Part shown: one piece after another, positions 50,663 to 64,000 of the stretch
Layout of the letters: every line of letters begins with the position of its first letter
How positions within the stretch are numbered: position 1 is the first letter of the stretch
Source of the DNA: Octopus vulgaris
Lineage: Eukaryota
DNA: 64,000 nt
Assembly (NCBI GenBank): GCA_951406725.2
Contig: OX597840.1
Location: forward strand, 13,268,001-13,332,000
Direction: 5' to 3'
The notes under the pieces: model-generated
What the model was told of the DNA's origin: nothing
Database searches by the model: none
The model's input: only the letters and a program-made list of their open reading frames with translations
Made by a program: the position numbers and the translations under genes

Positions 50663-51568
50663 ACTCGGAGTAATTAAACACACAAGGAGTACTACTACTA
50701 CAGCGTTGGAGCCATCAGAACAGCAGCAACAAAATAAGAAGAAATAAAGGCAAAATATAAACAAAAAAACAAACACGAGTTTTTGGAGCAAGTTGCTACT
50801 CTCCCAAATGGAAAATGGTATTGTCAAGAATGGTGCGATGAGCATTCTTAAAAAGTTCTTCGCACACACACACACACACACACACGCACACACTGTTACC
50901 CTCTTCTTTAACCTGATCCTTAACCCCCTAAGCCAACCCCACCCCTCCTGCCAAAGTCGTTGCTTGTGTAAAAAGCTGGTGGTGCCAGTGTGTTCTGCGA
51001 GGTATCGCAGAACTTCAGTTCTTCCCAGTAGCTTCAATGATTAACCCCCTTCCCTAACCCCCACCTCCATCGCACACACACACTGCCCCTACACATACAC
51101 ACACAAACTCATCCCTCCCCCACACACACATATTCCCTTTATCTTGCCCCCACTCCTACCCCTCCCTCTTCTTTCAAACAGCAGCCATAAGAAAAAAAAA
51201 AGAAAAAGCACAGACATTCTGTATAGAAAGATCAAAAAAACACAGTTATGTTATTTGAAATTCTGAAGAGTGAAAAAAAAAAAAAATACTAATAATAACA
51301 ATAATAATAATACAACAAAACAATGAACAACACAAAAGGGATTTTTTTTCTGCGATACTCTAAATACCAATATCAGTGATAATGCCCAAAATGATAATAA
51401 TGCCTAATATATATTTAATATATGACATTGAAAAACACAGATCAAAATAATATACAGGCATAGCAATATATATATACATGCACACACACACATACAATCA
51501 TATGTTTATACATATGTACATACACTAACATATATACATGTACACATACTAACACACATGTGCGTGTG

Positions 51569-51620
<52 letters not shown>

Positions 51621-51674
51621 CATATATACACATACTCGCACACAAACATGCATGCACACACATATTGATATATA

Positions 51675-51715
<41 letters not shown>

Positions 51716-51867
51716 TATATATATATATATATATATAGATAGATAGATAGATAGATAGATATACAATCAGTTGTCCATAAGTCAGAAAAAGATGAAATAT
51801 AGTTTGTATGAAACCTATGGTAACAGTCTGAGCAGTTAAATGCTATAACCAGTAAGATATTACTTGA

Positions 51868-51910
<43 letters not shown>

Positions 51911-52126
51911 CACACACTCAAATATATACTCACAAAAACATGCATATGTATATAGTTATGTGTATATATATTTATATATACACACGCATATGTTAGTTTG
52001 TTAGTTTTATATAATACTTATATACATTTGTTTAATAAGTAAAGACACACAAATATAAATATTTATAAATACATACACATGTACAATACACATATAAAGT
52101 GTATGTATATGTTGATTTTAAATATC

Positions 52127-52180
<54 letters not shown>

Positions 52181-52700
52181 TACACACACACAGAAACATA
52201 AATCATTTAATATACTTAAGCATAATGTTACCAACTAGTTATTATTATCAAAGTTAGTGGAACCCAAATACTTTATTGACTTAAAATTATTTGCTGATTA
52301 CTATTCTCAACAAGGACCATATATGAAATGTACAACAAAAAGCAGCTCCCACTGCATTTATATACTTAATATTATCTGCTGGTTATTGTTATCAACAAGG
52401 GCTCTAATTCAAAGTGATAGCAATAAGCAGCTCTCACTGTATTCCTTCCTGTGACTTGACTTATGTTTGGTAGAACAGTGTAAGCCTGAGGAGTGATGGA
52501 GTGATACGGTTTACATGAAACTTAAAATAGGCTCTACAACTAAATAGGAGTAACTTTTGATGCTTATTGAGGTAAAATAAACTGTATATAGACATATAAT
52601 ACATTCACACACATACACACATGTATATATAATTACATACATATATATACACACATATAGGTTTAGCAATGCAAACAAGGAAAACTGAACTCAAAAAGTG

Positions 52701-52734
<34 letters not shown>

Positions 52735-54271
52735 ACTATTATTATTATTGATATTTGGTAGAAGTTACAGAATGACCCAAAGGCCGAGAGTTTCATGTGC
52801 GAACACTGATCTAACAAATCAAGCATAAAACTCTTGGCCCTTCAATCACTGTTACTTCTGCCAAGTATTAAAAAATATACACACACACTCATACATATAT
52901 ATTGATATATATATGTGTATATATACATATATATATATATGTATACAGTACAATAAATTTATGATGTATATATATATATATATATATCAATCATAATAAT
53001 AATTAGGCTTATTACAAAGTGGCATAGCATTACCTTTAATTCATTTTATATTTACAGCTTTACTCAGACCTACACGTGTTTCAACTGCATATGCGTATAT
53101 AAATTCGGATTTTCCTCCAGCTTGAAGATACAGGCTCTGTTAAGGGCTTGTGAAACTTGAAGTTGCACAGAATCCGAATCAAACCGTTTTGAATAATATA
53201 TACGCACACACACACACACACGCATATGCACATATATATAAATACATATGTATATTTAGTAAAACATGCTAACATACGTGTTTGTATGTACATATTTCAC
53301 TGCGTACATGCATGCATGTATGTGTACATGTATCCATATATGTAAGCACCACCTGATGCTTACATGTAAAATTATACCCAGATATAACAGATGTATTCAC
53401 AAATATTACACACACACACACAGAACAACCACATATATATACTTAAAGAACTGACAACACAAACACATACTGATATGCTCAAGCATTTAACATCACATAT
53501 TAACAAGTGCAAACTCATTAAAGTTAATGAGAAAACTATTCAAAGAAAAATCTGAGAGACAGAAAAGCAAAATTAATTATAGAAGATACACATAACTCCC
53601 TTTTGTGAAATTAGACACATATATAAATATACATACATATAATATTATATATACAAACACTATTATATATATGATATATATAAATCTCAAATCTTCAGAA
53701 TTAATATTCCGTGCATTTCGTAACTGATTTTTGGCAAAAGATCTTTCTAGAAAAACTCTTATCTTCTGCTTTTTATGGCATTTTAAATGGCTGGGTTACA
53801 GAACAATGTTTTTTTTTTTCTATTATTTTTTTGTGCAGTTTTTTTTTTAAATCATTTAATTTAATTTTTTTTTTTACGTTTTACAATTTTATAATTTTTT
53901 TTTTCTAAAAAAAAAATGACATTTTTCTCCTCCCCATTCTCCCTTCTCACTTCTTATTATTCAATACAGTTCTTTCTAAAAAAAAAAAGAAAAGAAAAAG
54001 AAAACAAAACCAGACACCTGTCTTATTCTACCTTCACTACTTTTACGAAAAAAAAGGAAAAAATTAATCATGTTTTATTTGTTTTTTGTTTGTTTTTTGG
54101 TGCCATGAAGAAAAAAAGAAAAAAACTGGTTATGTTTTTTTAATAATTGTTTATAATTAATCATCACCATATTTTAGAAAATTTTTTTTTCTCCTCATTT
54201 TTATCATTTGTTTTTACTAACACTTTTCATCACTCAAAAGTCATTTTCTTATTTTTCCTCTCTGTCTCTCT

Positions 54272-54322
<51 letters not shown>

Positions 54323-56140
54323 GCTTCTCTTTCTTTCTTTCTCTCTTAATCTTTAACATTTTGTCTCCATCATGACCAGCTATGGATCACAAGTTCTCCA
54401 CCACTGATCTCTACCCTACCCCCACCTCCTTGGCCAGTCATCTCCACCTCCACTTCACTCTCACTCTCGACTCAATGCATGACAATGATCGGACATCATC
54501 GAAGTAGCGAGTGAAGAACAGTCGTCCGTCATCCACATTCACATGTTACCTGCTTGCTTGTGCTGCACATGGGACTAGTCAGGTGGCCATGGTCAGGGGG
54601 ATCTGCCCCTTCGTATAGCCACCACCCAGCACACATGTGGCAAGCTAATGGATTAGTCAAGAGACTCAACTACATTCATATATGTCGTATGTAAAAGAAA
54701 ACCTAAAAAGCACTGAATTTCCAGCCGAGTGATTCACCTCAGTATCCATGTGGAAACATGGAGCAAGCTAGGATATTCCCAAAGGGTTTATTCTCAATGA
54801 TATCTACATGTGGCAAACTGAAACATCTAGGGAGTAACTCATATTTGCATACTACATGGAAAAATATATCTGGTGTGATTCACTTGCATTTGTATGCCAC
54901 ATGGAGGAAAGGGGGAAATTCTAATTGGGGTTAACTCACATTTGCGTGCTCCATGTGGCAAGTTATTTTAGTGGAATGAATCAGCAAATTTAATGGAGTG
55001 ATTTATCTAAACCCCACATGTGGGAAGCTCGAATGTTGGTCATGTCTGGACTTGGTCGTACCACATGTGAGACACTAGTTTGGTAACATACATACATCCA
55101 TTGCTAGAGGTGGAAACTTATAGCCACATGTAGGAAATTTGGGCATTCGTGGAGTCACTCATAATGTAGGGGAATGTATAATCACTTAACACTCAATATT
55201 AGTGGAAGATCTCACTCAGTTACACATTAAACTTGGAGGAACTACATTACACTCATGTGTAACTTAATGCTGGAGATACTGACTAACATGTAGCATTAAT
55301 GGGATATGAGCAGAATGGCTGACTCAGAGGTGGCAGGACTGGAGTGTGAGTGGAGTATTTGATTTACATATAACAATTCTGGAATATGAGTAGAGAGTGT
55401 GACTCATCTATGACAATACAAGAATGTATGTAGAGTGAATGACTTGTATACAACAGTACAAGTATATGAGTGTAGTGTCTGACTTGAGTGCAACAACACT
55501 GGAGTGTGAGTAGAATGAATGGCTCGTAGATGTATGTTATATGGCGATACTGGAATGTGAGTGAACTGTGACACATGTAACAACAGAGGAATGTGAGTGG
55601 AGTGTCCAACTCATGCATGACAATAAAGAAACATGAGTGGAGTGATTGATTTATATATGACAATATTGGAATGAGAGTGGAGTGTCTGATTTACGGCAGT
55701 ACTGGAATGTAAGTTGAGTAACTGATTGGCACTCATAGTAAGATAATACTTTGATCATGAGTAAAGTGTCATACTCTTAGCCATGTATGTAGTGCATGTA
55801 CACAAGACTTGTCCAGCATCATTTGAGGTGGGGGGGGGGGGCTGCACTAATTCTATGATATAAAATGTAAGAAAATTATAAAATCATGGAATAACTGTAC
55901 ACTAACATGTGGTGACCCCTCACTCAGTCACTCCTTATTCTTCCCTTTCTTTCTCTCTCACACACATGCTGGTATATAAATAAACACACATGTATATTAT
56001 ATATATAGTATGTAATATACATATATCACAACGAAAAAGAATCATAGCTTATGTGTTATTCTTTAACAAAAATTGTTTGATCGTGACTTTGAAGTTTCAG
56101 CTTGCTTAGCCTTCATCAGACTTGTTAAAGAATAATAAAT
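50663..56140 (+). other. Putative long 3'UTR of the ERG gene
   Basis: About 5.5 kb with none of the SINE families that saturate the introns; A/T tracts and TA/CA microsatellites; AATAAA candidates near 50743, 52952, 55978 and 56134. The true end is unknown. Confidence 0.4.
55301..55730. repeat. Degenerate 40-bp tandem array
   Basis: Units start at 55301, 55341, 55381, 55421, 55461, 55501. Consensus is about GGAATGTGAGTGGAGTGTCTGACTCATATATGACAATACT. Confidence 0.8.
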
Positions 56141-58374
56141 ATATACTCTACCAAATGTATTGAGTAATCTGTCAGTTTAATGTAAAATTGTTTTTTTTAT
56201 AACTCAACATAAAACCAAATATATACATATGTGTGTGTGTGAGGGCATGTGGCTTAATGGTTTGGCTGTTGCACTCATGGTTGCAAGATTGTGGTTTCGA
56301 TCCCCAGACTGGGTGTTGTCAAGCAAAACTCTTCATTTCACGTTGGTTTCTGATCACTTTGACATCTGACGTGTAGCACATTGTGTACCTGTACAGGGAA
56401 TGTTGATATGATGAGAGGAATAAGCTAGCATACAGCTCAAACATTTGAATATTATAAACAAATATTCCGAGCAGATTGCTCTGCATGAAACTGCAGAACC
56501 TTCTTCTGTCCTCTACCGAAGGAAAGTTCCCAAGATGCATAAACATTATTTATTTATATATATAAGATATAGTGCTTTTTACCTCGCATTTATGCATTCA
56601 GACACATGTATCTATTTTCATGTGCGTGTGTGTGTGTGTAGTCACATGGCATTGTCATGTGACCACTTTAGTGAGATTTGAATTGAATGCATTTCTCCAT
56701 TTCGATTGAATTCCTCTTGTGCCATTTTAACGGGACTGAAGAATTCATTAACTTCTCAAGCAAAATAATTACAGACATCTATGATAGTTTCTTGTTGTTG
56801 TTATTGTTATTTATTATTATTGTTGTTGTTGATGATAACGTTGATAATTTGTGCTCCTGGCTAACTAAGACCATGTCTTAGTTTCAGTTCTTCGCTGGAA
56901 ATGGAGCTTTTTCACTTGTGCATATAAACTCACACAAACACGCACATGTATATTTGCAGAAATGTGGAGAAGAGGTGGCATGCATGCACATTCACATGCA
57001 GAAACAAACACAAGCACAAATATATATAATGCTGGTGATCCCTTTCTTCCTTGTAACTTATTAGAGTGTGGGACATTACTGAATATTTCCTTATTTTGGT
57101 GCATACCTTACAGTTGATCAGTCATACACACTTTCAAACATACACCTATGTATGTGTATATATGTATGTATATAAACATGTTTGTGTATATATATGCTTA
57201 CATGAGGTGTGGGTTCAAGTCTTGCAGGCAACCATCGACTTTTTCTATCTAAGGGTTATTTTTTAAACCTAATATTTACTCACTATTATTTATGGCTTCA
57301 ACTGCTTTGAGATTTACTGTTCTTTAAACAATTTATTTCACATTCTCTCAAAAGTTTCTGAATTCTTAAATATATAAAAATGAAAGAAAATAGAGTGACA
57401 GAATCCAAGTGAATACCTAAATAAGCACCTTGCGATAAAACTTGGTTAACAAAACATCTTGTAAAGAGTATATTAAACTATATAGATTAAATATTCTAGG
57501 TAATGTGTATAAACTATAAATGTGAGGTTATTCACCAACTGACAAGTTTGTACATTAATACCTAAAGTGACAGCCTAAGAGGCGGGGTGGGGCAGGGAAG
57601 AGCAGCAAGGCACCCTAAAACCACATAGCGAAGGACTATTGACAAAGAAAGGAGATGAGAAGGGTGTAGAAGTTGGAATGAGACTATAAGAGTGTCCGAA
57701 AACAGAGCTGAATGGAGAGCTCATGTTGTGACCTTATGTGCCTCATGGCACAGAGGGAACTAACATTAATCCCAGAATGCAATGGCAACCAGACAAATAA
57801 TCTATTCTTGATTTGTTTTATTCACTTTTGAATGTTTCGAATGGCTTGAGAAACTGTTCCCTCTCGCTATACAATGTCTTGTAAGCATAATCAATCAAGT
57901 TATTATAAAATAACTTTCATTGCTCTGGCGAGAAGATTTCAGAAGAGGAATTAGTGTAACTGTCTCTTTAATTAATTCATTCATTAGTCGACGGCAACCT
58001 GACAGAATCATTAGCATATCAGACAAAATGTGTCTATCTTTGATGTTTAACCCTATGTCATTTCCAGTCTTGGTTCCAAACATGACCATCCCAATTTTAA
58101 TTCAGACACAGTGTATCTAGGATTACATTATCTGATGTGTCCATCCTCATTACTGTGTTCGCTTGATCCCAAGTCATCCTTGACCTACGAGATCTCTGGT
58201 TAAATATGTTCCAACCATGACCATCCCATCTTATGTTCAGACCGTGTATCAAGGCTGAAGAGGGAGCTCTTGTACCATCTTGGTTCTCCTTTTCTAATTC
58301 TATCCACGTCCAGAATGCATTACATAGAATGTAAAATGTCTCTAAGATCACCCTCTGAGAGGAGAGGGTGGCAA

Positions 58375-58633
58375 GTTGAGAATTGCTGAAGCATGGAATA
58401 AACTACCTGCATCAGTTCTTAGCTGTCGAGACACCACATTCTTCAAAACTTCCATACTTTTTGAAATCCACCCACAGTACACTTGATGCCCCTCAACTCC
58501 ATTTCTTCCCTTTTTTTTTTTTTGAAGATTTTTTTTCACTATTCACTTCTGTGCACTGTTCTTGCAGTTTTGGTTACTTTTTCTGATGAATCGTTATGCA
58601 CCTGAGCACTGTATATAATAAGTTCGTTATTAT
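58375..58633 (+). mobile_element. CR1-like LINE 3' end
   Basis: RIAEAWNKLPASVLSCRDTTFFKTS (WN.LP motif), then a 3'UTR ending in TTAT repeats. Confidence 0.65.
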
Positions 58634-59894
58634 AGCCCTGCCCTCAAAAAATTAAAGATAAAATTTGACTTGATCACAATTTGAATTCAGAATATAAACA
58701 ATGCTTAACTTGCCAGATATATATCATATATCTGTAATATGTGATATCAAATTTATCAGTGTATATGATATATGTTACACACTGTATGGGAAATATGTCA
58801 TAGAAATATGTAATATCAAATATATCAGAGGTATATGTAAGTTATTTCAGCACCCATGAAGTCAAATTTTGTCTGCTACAACCTATGTGTAAGTTTTCAT
58901 GCACCAGGCGCCTTTAAAGGAGGATGTCTCAAGGCTTATGACGCAATATTTGGTGTTCTAATATGGCATCCATGTTAAGTTGGAGATATATATATATATA
59001 TATATATAAGTTCAGCAAAAATTTAGATTCAAATGAATATGATACTTAATTTAGATGCACCAGAATTTTGTATGGTGTTATCCATAAAAATCCGTGGGGT
59101 GATTATAATCAAATAAAGCAACAAGAATGACTCCGGTAATTTGGTACAATCGTTTCGTACTACATCATTTTATTAAATGTTGTAAGTATTCTTGTTGCTT
59201 ATTTTGATTATATATATTATATATATATATATATATTTGTGTGAAGGCACATGGCACAGTGGTTCAAGCATCGGGCCTACAATCATGAGGTTGTGAGTTC
59301 AATTCCCTGGCCCAAGTTGTGTGTTGTGTTCTTGAGCAAGACACTTTACTTCACGTTGCTCCAGTTCACTCAGCTGTAGAAATGAGTAGCGATGTCACAG
59401 GTGCCATGCTGTATCGGCCCTTTTGCTTTTCCTTTGGATAATATCGGTGGCCTGGAGAGTGGGAACTGATATGCATGGGTGGCTGCTGTCTTGCACAAGC
59501 AGCCTTGTCCAGACTTGTGCTTCAGAGGGGAACTTTCTAGGTACAACCCCATGGTCATTCGTGACTGAAGGGGGTCTTTATCTGTTACCTTTTATATTTG
59601 TGTGCATGTGATATGTGGTTCCTGAGTCCAACTGTTTTCCGACACGTAGGTCTCAAAGACCTCAAAATATTAGATTCTAAACTCCTTAAAGCACTTGATC
59701 TCATTGAATCTCTCTTATTGATCTCAATTAAACTCACTTATTGATTATCCACCAACAATAATGGAGAAGATTCTAGTATTAATGCACAAATTGAAAAGAT
59801 GAACAATTCTAAATTTAAATGCTTCCCAGGTTGACTTAGGCACCTTTGGCAGCAGACTGGCTGAAGACAATATTCTTGCTGTAGTTAGATATGG

Positions 59895-60580
59895 TCCTTT
59901 TGAGTTCAAATCCTACCCAGGTTAACTTTAATTTTCATCATTCTGGAGTTGATAGATAACCAATAAAATATAGAGATTTTATATTCTTAGATGGAAATGG
60001 AATTAGGACAAAAGAGCAACCCTAACTGTCCTCCTGGGGCCGAGAAAATAAAATAGCAATGAAATACTGGGGTAGCTTTAATATTCCTATATAGTATTCT
60101 AGATATGAATGGAATTAGAAGACTAAGATTGACTTTAGCTTTCATATTTCTGATGTTAATCTACCCCCAATATTTTACTGGTACTTTATTTTAATATGTG
60201 AATGGAATTATAGAAGAAGACTAGCTTTGTCTTTCCTCCTCCTGGCATCGATTAAATGAAGTAACAGTGAAATACTAGGGTAGATTTTGTATTTCTACAA
60301 AGCATCCTAAATATGAATGGATGAAAATATAATAAAAGATTAAAACTGAAGTTGACAGAATTATGCCACATGAAGCTACTGAAGACAAATTTAATATTTG
60401 TTATAAAGCATTCTAGATGTGAATGGAATTACAATAAAAGACAGGCTAAGATAGTCTATGATGAAATTTATTTTATCAACACCCTTTCATGAAATATTGG
60501 GGTAGATTTAATATTGTTATAAAACGCTCTAGTTGTGAATCAGTGTAAAACATTCACAAAAGATCTGAATTATAACAGAA
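59895..60580. repeat. Degenerate ~100-115-bp tandem array partly derived from SINE family B
   Basis: Recurrent TTCTAGAT(A/G)TGAATGGAATTA and GAAATACTGGGGTAGATTT blocks. Confidence 0.65.
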
Positions 60581-62165
60581 GACCAATACTAAGATGTAGT
60601 GTTTAAATTTTTCTATATATAACGGTTAGCTTAAGTAGGAACGTTAACATTTTGGGCAAAATGCTTAGCGGCACTTCATCCATCTTTACATTCTGAGTTC
60701 AAATGCTGCCTGGGTTGACTTTGTCTTTCATCCTTTCAGGGCCAATAAAATAAGTACCAGTTGAGCACTGGGATTCAATGTAATCGATTGACCCCTTTCC
60801 CCAAATTACTGGCCTTGTGCCAAAATTTGAAACAAACAGCGGAATATAATATCTGTTAAACAGCAGGAGCACTGTTAAATTGCTGAGGGCTTTGCTATCT
60901 TGCTTCAGTTGGTTAAGGTTGTATGGAGGGTGGGCTTGCTGAAAGTTAGTGTAGTGTGGTCCTGTTTGTAAGTTTTGCGTGTGCATTCTGCATATTCATT
61001 GGTGCCCCCCACAGCTCTGATATTCTAATATAAGACTAAATATCCATATTATGCACCACATGCTCACATTTTCTATATCTTTTATGTTTCAGTCATTGGA
61101 CCGTGGCCATGCTGGGGCACTGCCTTGAGGGATTTTAGTCAAATGAATTGACCCTGGTACTTATTCTAAAGCCTGGTGCTAAGTCTATCAGTCTCTAGCC
61201 AAAACACTAAGTTATCAGGATGTAAACAAACCAACACCAGTTGTCAAGTGAGCAAATGTATGTACATATATATATATATACACACTCTCACTTTCTACCA
61301 AAGTCACTTGCAAGGCTTTAAGTTAGCCTGGGGCCATAGTAGAAGACACTTGCCCGAAGTACCGCACAGTGGGACTGAACCTAATACTGTGTGGTTGTGA
61401 AGCTAACTTCTTACTACATGGTACAAAATGTTTTGGTACAGCTGTTTCGGTGTTGCCTATTCATTGTTGATGATTTGATGCTGACCTATTTGACATCAGT
61501 CATTTCAATGCTTCTCCCTCTTTCCTTATGTATATGAGCAGAGGGAACGTGTCAATTGTATTCAATTAGTAAATTATGTCTCTCTCCCTCCCTCCCTCTC
61601 TTGATGTGTGTAAGCATATTTTTTTATGCATAATGAAGATGTGGCTTTGGGGTTAGGTTATTCAGCTCACAATTGTAAGGTTCTGAGTTCAATCCCCAGT
61701 GGCACATTGCATCCTTGAGCAAGGCACTTTATTCCACATTGCTGCAGTCCACTCAGCTGGCAAAGATGAGATGTTGTACCTGTAATTCAAAGGGCCAGCC
61801 TTGTCACACTCTGTGTCATGCTGAATCTCACTGAGAACTACACTAAGGGTACACGTGTCTATGGAGTATTCAGCCACTTGCACGTTAATTTTACAAGGTG
61901 GTTGTTAGGCTGATTAGACCAGCTCGTCATCATAAACAATGGAATATCTTGAGAACTACGTTAAGGGTACATGTGTCTGTGGAATACTCAGCCACGTGCA
62001 CGTTAATTTTACAAGCTAGCTGTCCCGTTGATTGGATCAACTGGAACCCTAGTCATCATAACTGATGGAATGCCAGTTTTTATGCAAATGAGGAAAAGGG
62101 AAAGGGTTTATGTCTACCATGTTCATTGAAATATATTGTAATGTCTCTCTCTCTCTTCCTCCACC

Positions 62166-62201
<36 letters not shown>

Positions 62202-63730
62202 GCATGTGAGCATATTTCTGTACATGTATGAGCAAAGAAGTGTTTGCCAATTATATTCTATAATGTCTCTTTCCTCTTCATCCTCCTGTTCCTCTCTCTC
62301 TCTCTCTCTGTTTATCTGTGGGAGTATATTTCTCTTTATGCATATGAAGAGAGGGGAAAAGTCTTCTTGTCAACCAGGTCCAAGTAACAAATTATAATCT
62401 CTCTCTCCCTCTCATTCACTTTCTGCTTCTGTGTCTATATTTCTGCATATATGCATGTGTGTGCTTCCAGCACCAAAACCTGTTGCCAAAACAGGTCGAA
62501 TAAACATGAGTACATATACGTTTTTTTTTTTCATTTATATTTGGCAGAAGTTACAGAGTAACTCAAGGGCCAAAAGTTTCATGCATCAAACTGATAAGTG
62601 CCAATGCACGAAACTCTCGACCCTTGTGTCACTCTTTAACTTCTACTGTTTATTAATAAAGGACTTACGTATTCTAAACATTGTATTCTGGAGATATGCT
62701 TTCCAAATCTACACAGTCTGCAACTTAAATCACAATTTTAATCCTTCATCATTTTCATTTCTTAATATCCTTGCTCTGGGAAAGGCATGGATGTCACATA
62801 ATCATATTTATTGACCCCCCTTCTTTATAAATCTGAGCTCGTAATTGCTATATAATAAATGAATATACTTACATACGAATATATGGTGGTGGTGGTGGTG
62901 GTGGTGATGGTAAGTAGTGGTGGTGGTGGTTGTGGTGGTAAGATGTGAGTGGAGAACGACATGTGGTGGGGACTACAGTATTGAAGATTACACACAAACA
63001 TACACATGCACACATACAAGCAGGCACATACATATACACACACACTCAAGTGTACATACTGTTATTGTTTTCGAGGAAACAAATAAAATATCTTCTATCC
63101 ATATCATTTGCTATGTGTACCGTTGTTTATTGTTATAGCAACTAGTGAAGAATCACCAGGTTCAAATCTTAACCCAAGCACTCGTTTGGGGCACTAAACC
63201 AGAACATTTATTTTTTAATTTATTTATTGTTTTTTTTTTAATGGTTTAATCAAAGAAGAAGGGGACATGAGCCATGATCCTTTATATTTGAGCTTCCACG
63301 AAGGGTTATAGGCAGAGCCCTTAAAGAAAGATAAAAATAAAAAAGGAACAATAGTCCTATCTCCAGACCTGGGTTAACTGCTTGTAACACAGTGGACGAC
63401 TCCAAAGGTACCCAAGTTGACTGGATGGTGACAGTGGAGGAGATGGTGGTGGTGTTGGTAGAGATGGTGGTATGACCCTCAAGCAACTGATTAAGTTCCC
63501 TACTTGATGTTATGATGCCATCTTTCTACATGGCTTACCTCAATTCTATACCGTTATTGAAAATTTCTGTATTTTCTGGCATACTATTTGACTTAGTATA
63601 TAGCATAAACATTGAAACATCGTCCCTATCTTTCCAAATCTTGCTGCATTTCACATGGAATCTTTGACCCTACAAAGCCGTCTTGCTGTTTATTTATTAT
63701 TATCATTTATTTATTTATTTTTTTTTGTTT

Positions 63731-64000
63731 GCTGTACATTTTTGTCTGAAAAATTCGACTTATATACTAGAAAATACGGTACCTGCAGCTACCACACTTA
63801 GTTGTAAATTTTCGCCTGAAACATTTGACTTGTATACAAGAAAATATGGTACCTGTGACTACTACACTTAGCTGAACATTTTGGTCTGAAAAATTCGACT
63901 TATATACCAGAAAATATGGTACCTGTAGCTACCACACTTAGCTGTTAATTTTTACCTGAAACATTCAACTTGTATACCAGAAAATACGGTACCTGCGACT
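63731..64000. repeat. 70-bp satellite with alternating A/B monomers; runs off the window
   Basis: Units at 63731, 63801, 63871 and 63941 share AGAAAATAYGGTACCTG...ACACTTAG. Confidence 0.92.

Noticed and set aside
50624-51044. 137-aa minus and 83-aa plus ORFs
   Set aside because: Low-complexity sequence crossing CA repeats in the putative UTR, with no recognisable domain.
54630-55750. CRISPR-like repeat-spacer array
   Set aside because: The repeats are short and degenerate, the spacers are related to each other, there are no cas genes, and the context is eukaryotic.

Overview
AT-rich, repeat-dense eukaryotic genomic DNA, most likely a coleoid cephalopod (Octopus). This is inferred from the SINE families and the ATT/TA/CA microsatellite load and was not checked against a database. 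The window holds the 3' two-thirds of one + strand gene, an ERG-type (KCNH2/6/7, Drosophila seizure-like) voltage-gated K+ channel. Ten exons (4306-38245) splice in frame with canonical GT-AG sites and encode S4-S6, the GFG filter, the C-linker, the CNBHD and a long C-terminus (coiled coil, polyQ, PPxY). The 3' end is ambiguous: a 40-nt micro-exon (41170-41209), a probable terminal exon (from 50546) and a probable multi-kb 3'UTR. The introns are filled with at least five SINE/LINE-tail families, RTE, R4/Dong and CR1 LINE remnants, a deleted mariner, non-autonomous Helitrons, MITEs and foldback elements, and satellites. There is no CRISPR array, rRNA or convincing tRNA gene. The best leads are: (1) a frame-switch micro-exon that could swap or truncate the channel's regulatory C-terminus; (2) several long intronic inverted repeats that could be ADAR or back-splicing substrates, including a foldback element with a telomere-repeat core; (3) unexplained degenerate 40-bp and ~50-60-bp arrays downstream of the stop codon. 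None of these is proven from sequence alone. Repeat boundaries are approximate unless termini are quoted.
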